Source: Flavobacteriaceae bacterium
GTDB lineage: Bacteria > Bacteroidota > Bacteroidia > Flavobacteriales > Flavobacteriaceae
Assembly: GCA_002702895.1 (NCBI GenBank)
Contig: PACX01000022.1
Span: 22,188 to 86,187, forward strand
Reading direction: 5' to 3'
Length of the DNA: 64,000 nt
Part shown: positions 60,110-64,000 of the stretch, one piece after another
Layout of the letters: the number at the start of each line of letters is the position of its first letter
How positions within the stretch are numbered: the stretch's first letter is position 1
Notes under the pieces: model-generated
Database searches by the model: none
Told to the model about the DNA's origin: nothing
What the model saw: the letters and a program-made list of their open reading frames with translations, nothing else
Made by a program: the position numbers and the translations under genes

Positions 60110-60619
60110 ATGATTAGAACTGCTTTTTATATAATTTTTCTTTTTAATAGTATATATTCATATTCTCAGAATTTAAATGAAGTTTGCACATCTATATTTC
60201 TAATTAGACATGCAGAAAAAGTTAGAGATAATTCTGGGGATAAAAACCCTCATTTAAACTCAGATGGAGTTTTGAGAGCTAATAAATGGAGAGATGTGCT
60301 AAAGCATATTAAGTTTGACAGGATCTACTCAACAAATTTATATAGAACCTTGGAAACAGCATTTCCTATTTCAAAATATAATCAATTAGAGATTCAAACT
60401 TATTTACCATCAAAAGGTTATTATAATCAGTTTTTAGAATTAAATAAAGGAAAAACAATTTTAGTAGTTGGGCATAGTAATACAACACCAGAATTTGTGA
60501 ATTCTTTAATCAAAAATAATTTTTATAAAGATATTAGTGATGATAATAATGGCAATTTATATTATGTACAAAAATGTAATAATAATAAACCCAATCACTT
60601 ACTGTTTTATATTAACTGA
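60110..60619 (+). CDS. Secreted histidine-phosphatase-superfamily (SixA/PGM-like) protein
   Basis: Signal peptide, then LIRHAEK (RHG-type motif) and VVGHSNT. Confidence 0.7.
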   Translation: MIRTAFYIIFLFNSIYSYSQNLNEVCTSIFLIRHAEKVRDNSGDKNPHLNSDGVLRANKWRDVLKHIKFDRIYSTNLYRTLETAFPISKYNQLEIQTYLPSKGYYNQFLELNKGKTILVVGHSNTTPEFVNSLIKNNFYKDISDDNNGNLYYVQKCNNNKPNHLLFYIN

Positions 60620-60621
60620 AA

Positions 60622-61596
60622 ATGAATTTTAGTAAATATCATAAGGTTGAGTTACATGTTCATTTAGATTGTTCATTAAGTTATGATGTAGTTAAAAAAA
60701 TTAATCCAAAAATTACAAGATCTAGATATATAAATGAATTTATCGGTTCTAGATGTAATTCTTTAAATGATTATATAAAATGTGCTGATCGTGCTGTTGA
60801 AATAATGCAAACAAAAGAAGAATTAGAGTTAGTAACTATAGATCTTTTTGAACAATTAAAAAAAGATAATGTTGTTTATGCTGAAATTAGGTTTGCACCT
60901 CTACTGCATACAAAAAAGGGATTGAGTTCAGCTCAAGTAGTTAAAATTATTAGTAGTATTACTAAGATAACATCAAAAAAAACTGGAATTGAAGCAAGTT
61001 TGATTCTATGTACATTAAGACATTTTTCATCCAATCAATCTATGGAAACGGTTGAGTTAGTTCATGATTTCAAAGGGACCAATGTTGTTGGCTTTGATAT
61101 TGCAGCTGATGAAGCTGGGTATCCTCTTAAAAATCATATTGAGGCATTTGAATTTGCAAATAGAAAAAATATTTTTTGTACAGCACATGCTGGTGAAGCT
61201 TTAGGATCAGAAAGTATTTTAGAGACTATAGATAAACTAATGCCAACTAGAATAGGGCATGGAGTTAGGAGTATTGAAGATCCTTCTTTATTAGAAAGAA
61301 TAAAAGAAAAAGAAATTCATTTAGAGGTTTGTTATACTAGCAATATTGTAACAAAAGTTTATAATAATTATTCGGACCATCCTATCAATCAGCTTTATAA
61401 AAAAAATATTTCAATTAGTATTAATTCTGATGGAAGAACCATTTCAGATACAAATTTAAATAAAGAATATTCATTATTATCAAAGCAATTTAAATGGGAA
61501 AAAGAAAACTTTATTAATTGTAATATAAATGCAATTAAAGCTTCATTTGCATCTAATAAAATAAAAAATAAAATATTAAATCTTTTAAATTCATAG
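60622..61596 (+). CDS. add: Adenosine deaminase
   Basis: 324 aa with metal and catalytic motifs ELHVHLD, HAGE, IGHG and SINSDG. Confidence 0.85.
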   Translation: MNFSKYHKVELHVHLDCSLSYDVVKKINPKITRSRYINEFIGSRCNSLNDYIKCADRAVEIMQTKEELELVTIDLFEQLKKDNVVYAEIRFAPLLHTKKGLSSAQVVKIISSITKITSKKTGIEASLILCTLRHFSSNQSMETVELVHDFKGTNVVGFDIAADEAGYPLKNHIEAFEFANRKNIFCTAHAGEALGSESILETIDKLMPTRIGHGVRSIEDPSLLERIKEKEIHLEVCYTSNIVTKVYNNYSDHPINQLYKKNISISINSDGRTISDTNLNKEYSLLSKQFKWEKENFINCNINAIKASFASNKIKNKILNLLNS

Positions 61597-61657
61597 CTTA
61601 AAGTATTTAACTATGATCCATAAGAATTTCTGATAAAAATCTACCCATTTTATTATA

Positions 61658-61676
61658 TAGATTTGCCTGCAAATCT
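61658..61676 (+). promoter_or_regulatory. Putative carotenoid-cluster promoter (-7 box) overlapped by an 8-2-8 perfect palindrome
   Basis: TAGATTTG (61658-61665) matches TAnnTTTG. AGATTTGC-CT-GCAAATCT (61659-61676) is a perfect inverted repeat ending at the GTG start (61677). Confidence 0.35.
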
Positions 61677-62351
61677 GTGTTAACTACTATTTCATTTTTA
61701 AAATATAAAAAGAACAAATTTTGGGCTTTTACCCAAATGAGACTAGCTTTTGATGGACTATCAAAAACACCTGGATTATCATTTTTTAAACTTTTAGGGA
61801 CAGGATCAGGTAAAGGGTTTTCTTTGTATCCAGATTTTAGTACTTATGCTATTTTATGTGTTTGGAAAAATGAATCTTTTGCAAAAGATTTTATTAATAA
61901 GAGCGATCATTCCAAATTAATTTCTAAGAAAGCACATTCAAGACAAGATTTCTTTTTAAGTCCAATTACAAGTCATGGTCTTTGGGATGGGATTAATCCC
62001 TTTATAATAAATAAAAAGGAAATTAATAAAGAAAGGAAAATTGGAATAATTACCAGAGCCACATTAAATAAAAATAAATTATTTGAGTTTTGGAAATCTG
62101 TTCCAGAGGCATCGTTAGCAATTCAAAATGCCAATGGGGTGGAGTGGTTTAAAGGTATTGGTGAATGGCCATTTATACAACAGGCAACTTTTAGTATATG
62201 GGATAGTGTTGACTCTGTTAAGAACTTTGCTTACAATAAAGGAATTCATTCTAAAATTGTAAAAAAAACAAGAAAAAGGAAATGGTATAAAGAAGATCTA
62301 TTTGCTCGATTTGAATTGTTGAACTCTCAATCAAAATTTTTTTCAATTTGA
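61677..62351 (+). CDS. CrtA (spheroidene monooxygenase)-like protein, possible carotenoid 2-hydroxylase/ketolase
   Basis: 224 aa with a GTG start. The N-terminus (TISFLKYKKNKFWAFTQM) and length resemble the flavobacterial CrtA-like family, from memory. 4-nt overlap with the crtD-like gene. Confidence 0.5.
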   Translation: MLTTISFLKYKKNKFWAFTQMRLAFDGLSKTPGLSFFKLLGTGSGKGFSLYPDFSTYAILCVWKNESFAKDFINKSDHSKLISKKAHSRQDFFLSPITSHGLWDGINPFIINKKEINKERKIGIITRATLNKNKLFEFWKSVPEASLAIQNANGVEWFKGIGEWPFIQQATFSIWDSVDSVKNFAYNKGIHSKIVKKTRKRKWYKEDLFARFELLNSQSKFFSI

Positions 62352-63808
62352 AAAAGGTTATAATTATTGGGTCAGGAATAGCTGGATTAGCTGCTAGTAT
62401 TAGATTAATTTCTAAAGGTTTTGATGTAGAGATTTTTGAGTCAAATTCATTTCCAGGAGGAAAAATATCAAGCTTTAATTTGGGCAAATATAGATTCGAT
62501 GCAGGCCCCTCTTTATTTACAATGCCTCATTTTGTAGATGAACTATTTCTATTAACAGGAGAAGATCCTAGAAAGTATTTTAATTACAAAAAAAAAGATA
62601 TATCATGTAAGTATTTTTGGGAAGATGGAACTAAATTATCTGCGTTTTCTAATAAAAATAAATTTGCTCATGAAGTTGAAAAAAAATTAGGTGTATCAAA
62701 ATTTAACTTTTTGAATTATTTAGATAAAGCAAAAAAGAAATACGATTTGACAAAATCAATATTTCTAGAAAAATCATTACATAAATTAAGTACATATTTA
62801 AGTAAGGATATATTAAAGGGAATTTTAAATTTAAATATTTTTCAAATTGAAAAAACCTTGAATAAGGTAAATGAAATTGAGTTAAAAGAACCTCATTTGG
62901 TACAGCTTTACAATAGATTTGCTACTTATAATGGGTCTTCACCATATCAAACGCCAGGAATGATGACTTTAATTCAACATTTAGAGCAAGAATATGGGAC
63001 CTTTGTAGTTGAAAAAGGAATTATAGAAATAGTAAATTCTTTATATAAACTTGCAAAAAAAAAAGGAGTTGTTTTTAATTTTAATAAAAATGTTTCAAAA
63101 ATTTTGGTTAAAGAAAATAAAGCTATTGGAGTTGAGGCAGATAATCAGAAATTTTATTCTCAATATGTTATTTCAAATATGGATATTGTTCCTACATATA
63201 ACAAACTTTTGAATGGTTATAAGAAACCAAACATTATTTTAAATCAAGAGAAATCAAGTTCTGCAATTATATTTTATTGGGGAATAAAGAAAAAGTTTAA
63301 AAAATTAGATTTACACAATATTTTTTTTTCAAATAATTATGAGAAAGAATTTGAATCTATATTTAAAAATATGAGTATTCATAATGATCCTACAGTATAT
63401 ATTAACATAACATCAAAAGATATTTCATGCGATGCACCTAAAAATTGTGAAAATTGGTTTGTGATGATTAATTCTCCAAACAACCAAAATCAAAATTGGG
63501 AAACTGTCGTTCAAAAGGTTAGAAAAAATGTAATAAAAAAAATTAATAAGATTTTAAAATCTGATATAGAGCCTTTTATTGAAAAAGAAAAAATTTATAA
63601 CCCTAAGGATTTGGAGTTAAACACTCAATCTTATTTGGGCTCTTTATATGGAGCCTCTAGTAATAGTAAAATTTCAGCTTTTTTAAGACATCCAAATTTT
63701 TCAAATAAAATATTAAATCTATATTTTTGTGGAGGAAGTGTTCATCCGGGCGGTGGTATCCCACTTTGTTTACTTTCAGCCAAAATTGTTTCTAATTTGA
63801 TAAAATAA
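62348..63808 (+). CDS. crtD: Phytoene-desaturase-family FAD oxidoreductase, CrtD-like (1-hydroxycarotenoid 3,4-desaturase)
   Basis: 486 aa. N-terminal dinucleotide fold VIIIGSGIAGLAAS...ESNSFPGGK and C-terminal FCGGSVHPGGGIP. The subfamily assignment (CrtD rather than CrtI) comes from context. Confidence 0.7.
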   Translation: MKKVIIIGSGIAGLAASIRLISKGFDVEIFESNSFPGGKISSFNLGKYRFDAGPSLFTMPHFVDELFLLTGEDPRKYFNYKKKDISCKYFWEDGTKLSAFSNKNKFAHEVEKKLGVSKFNFLNYLDKAKKKYDLTKSIFLEKSLHKLSTYLSKDILKGILNLNIFQIEKTLNKVNEIELKEPHLVQLYNRFATYNGSSPYQTPGMMTLIQHLEQEYGTFVVEKGIIEIVNSLYKLAKKKGVVFNFNKNVSKILVKENKAIGVEADNQKFYSQYVISNMDIVPTYNKLLNGYKKPNIILNQEKSSSAIIFYWGIKKKFKKLDLHNIFFSNNYEKEFESIFKNMSIHNDPTVYINITSKDISCDAPKNCENWFVMINSPNNQNQNWETVVQKVRKNVIKKINKILKSDIEPFIEKEKIYNPKDLELNTQSYLGSLYGASSNSKISAFLRHPNFSNKILNLYFCGGSVHPGGGIPLCLLSAKIVSNLIK

Positions 63809-63811
63809 AAT

Positions 63812-64000
63812 ATGAATTTTTTAATTCCTGTAAACCAAACTGAAAGGATATCAGTTTTTATCATCTGGTTATTTCATTTATGTGGACTCATTGGAATTTC
63901 TTTTGGAAATAAAGAGTGGTTTATTTCATTTACTCCAATTAACCTTTTTATTTCTTTTGTTTTACTTTTTATCAATCAAAAAGAATTAGAAATCAAAAAT
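63812..64000 (+). CDS. Carotenoid biosynthesis membrane protein, CruF/DUF422-like (N-terminal fragment, runs off the window)
   Basis: Not in the ORF track. The ATG at 63812 gives MNFLIPVNQTERISVFIIWLFHLCGLIGISFGNKEWFISFTPINLFISFVLLF..., hydrophobic and open to the window end. The call rests on position after crtD. Confidence 0.4.
   Translation, partial: MNFLIPVNQTERISVFIIWLFHLCGLIGISFGNKEWFISFTPINLFISFVLLFINQKELEIKN

Noticed and set aside
1-64000. Looked for CRISPR arrays, IS elements or transposases, toxin-antitoxin or restriction-modification/defence genes, rRNA, tmRNA/RNase P/SRP RNA and riboswitches.
   Set aside because: No regularly spaced direct repeats were found, and no ORFs have transposase or defence signatures. 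Intergenic gaps are 215 nt or less and mostly explained by promoters. None of the genes present (thiL, pan, suf) has a long leader that could house a known riboswitch.

Overview
Strongly AT-rich (roughly 30% G+C by eye, not computed), very gene-dense segment whose gene content and order look like the core chromosome of a streamlined marine Flavobacteriia (Bacteroidota) genome. Almost everything is housekeeping.

Gene content in order:
- The complete SUF Fe-S assembly operon (sufA-B-C-D-S-E plus DUF59 and DUF2480 genes).
- thiL, pepP and a BNR/sortilin-like protein.
- sdhCAB, glyQS, xthA, radA and panCD.
- The Flavobacteriia-typical pair of a half-size GlgA-like gene and a DUF4270 gene.
- rpoN, asnS and the frr-pyrH-tsf-rpsB-rpsI-rplM block.
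- polA, a DUF2723 giant membrane protein, tRNA-Gln, nusA-infB.
- A 10-gene respiratory cluster (alternative complex III actABCDEF plus cytochrome oxidase subunits II and I).
- ruvB, add, and the start of a myxol-type carotenoid cluster (crtA-like, crtD-like, cruF-like).

I see no CRISPR array, no intact mobile element, no defence island and no rRNA, and I did not find a convincing novel multi-gene system.

The most unusual locus is the sdhC-sdhA junction. About 440 bp of extra DNA there carries a tyrosine-integrase arm-domain-like coding fragment fused in frame to sdhA. sdhA has no start codon of its own. The locus is surrounded by a statistically unexpected cluster of GTAACAC/GTGTTAC motifs.

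Secondary observations:
- All six convergent gene junctions have 3 nt or less of spacer.
- The only strong hairpin-plus-T-tract terminator I noticed sits between tRNA-Gln and nusA, and rimP is absent there.
- A thioredoxin-fold protein lacks both active-site cysteines.
- DUF4270 carries an insert of TSP3-like calcium-binding repeats.
- An operator-like palindrome lies on the carotenoid promoter.

Product calls rest on my recognition of motifs and family-typical sequences in the supplied translations. No database search was run.
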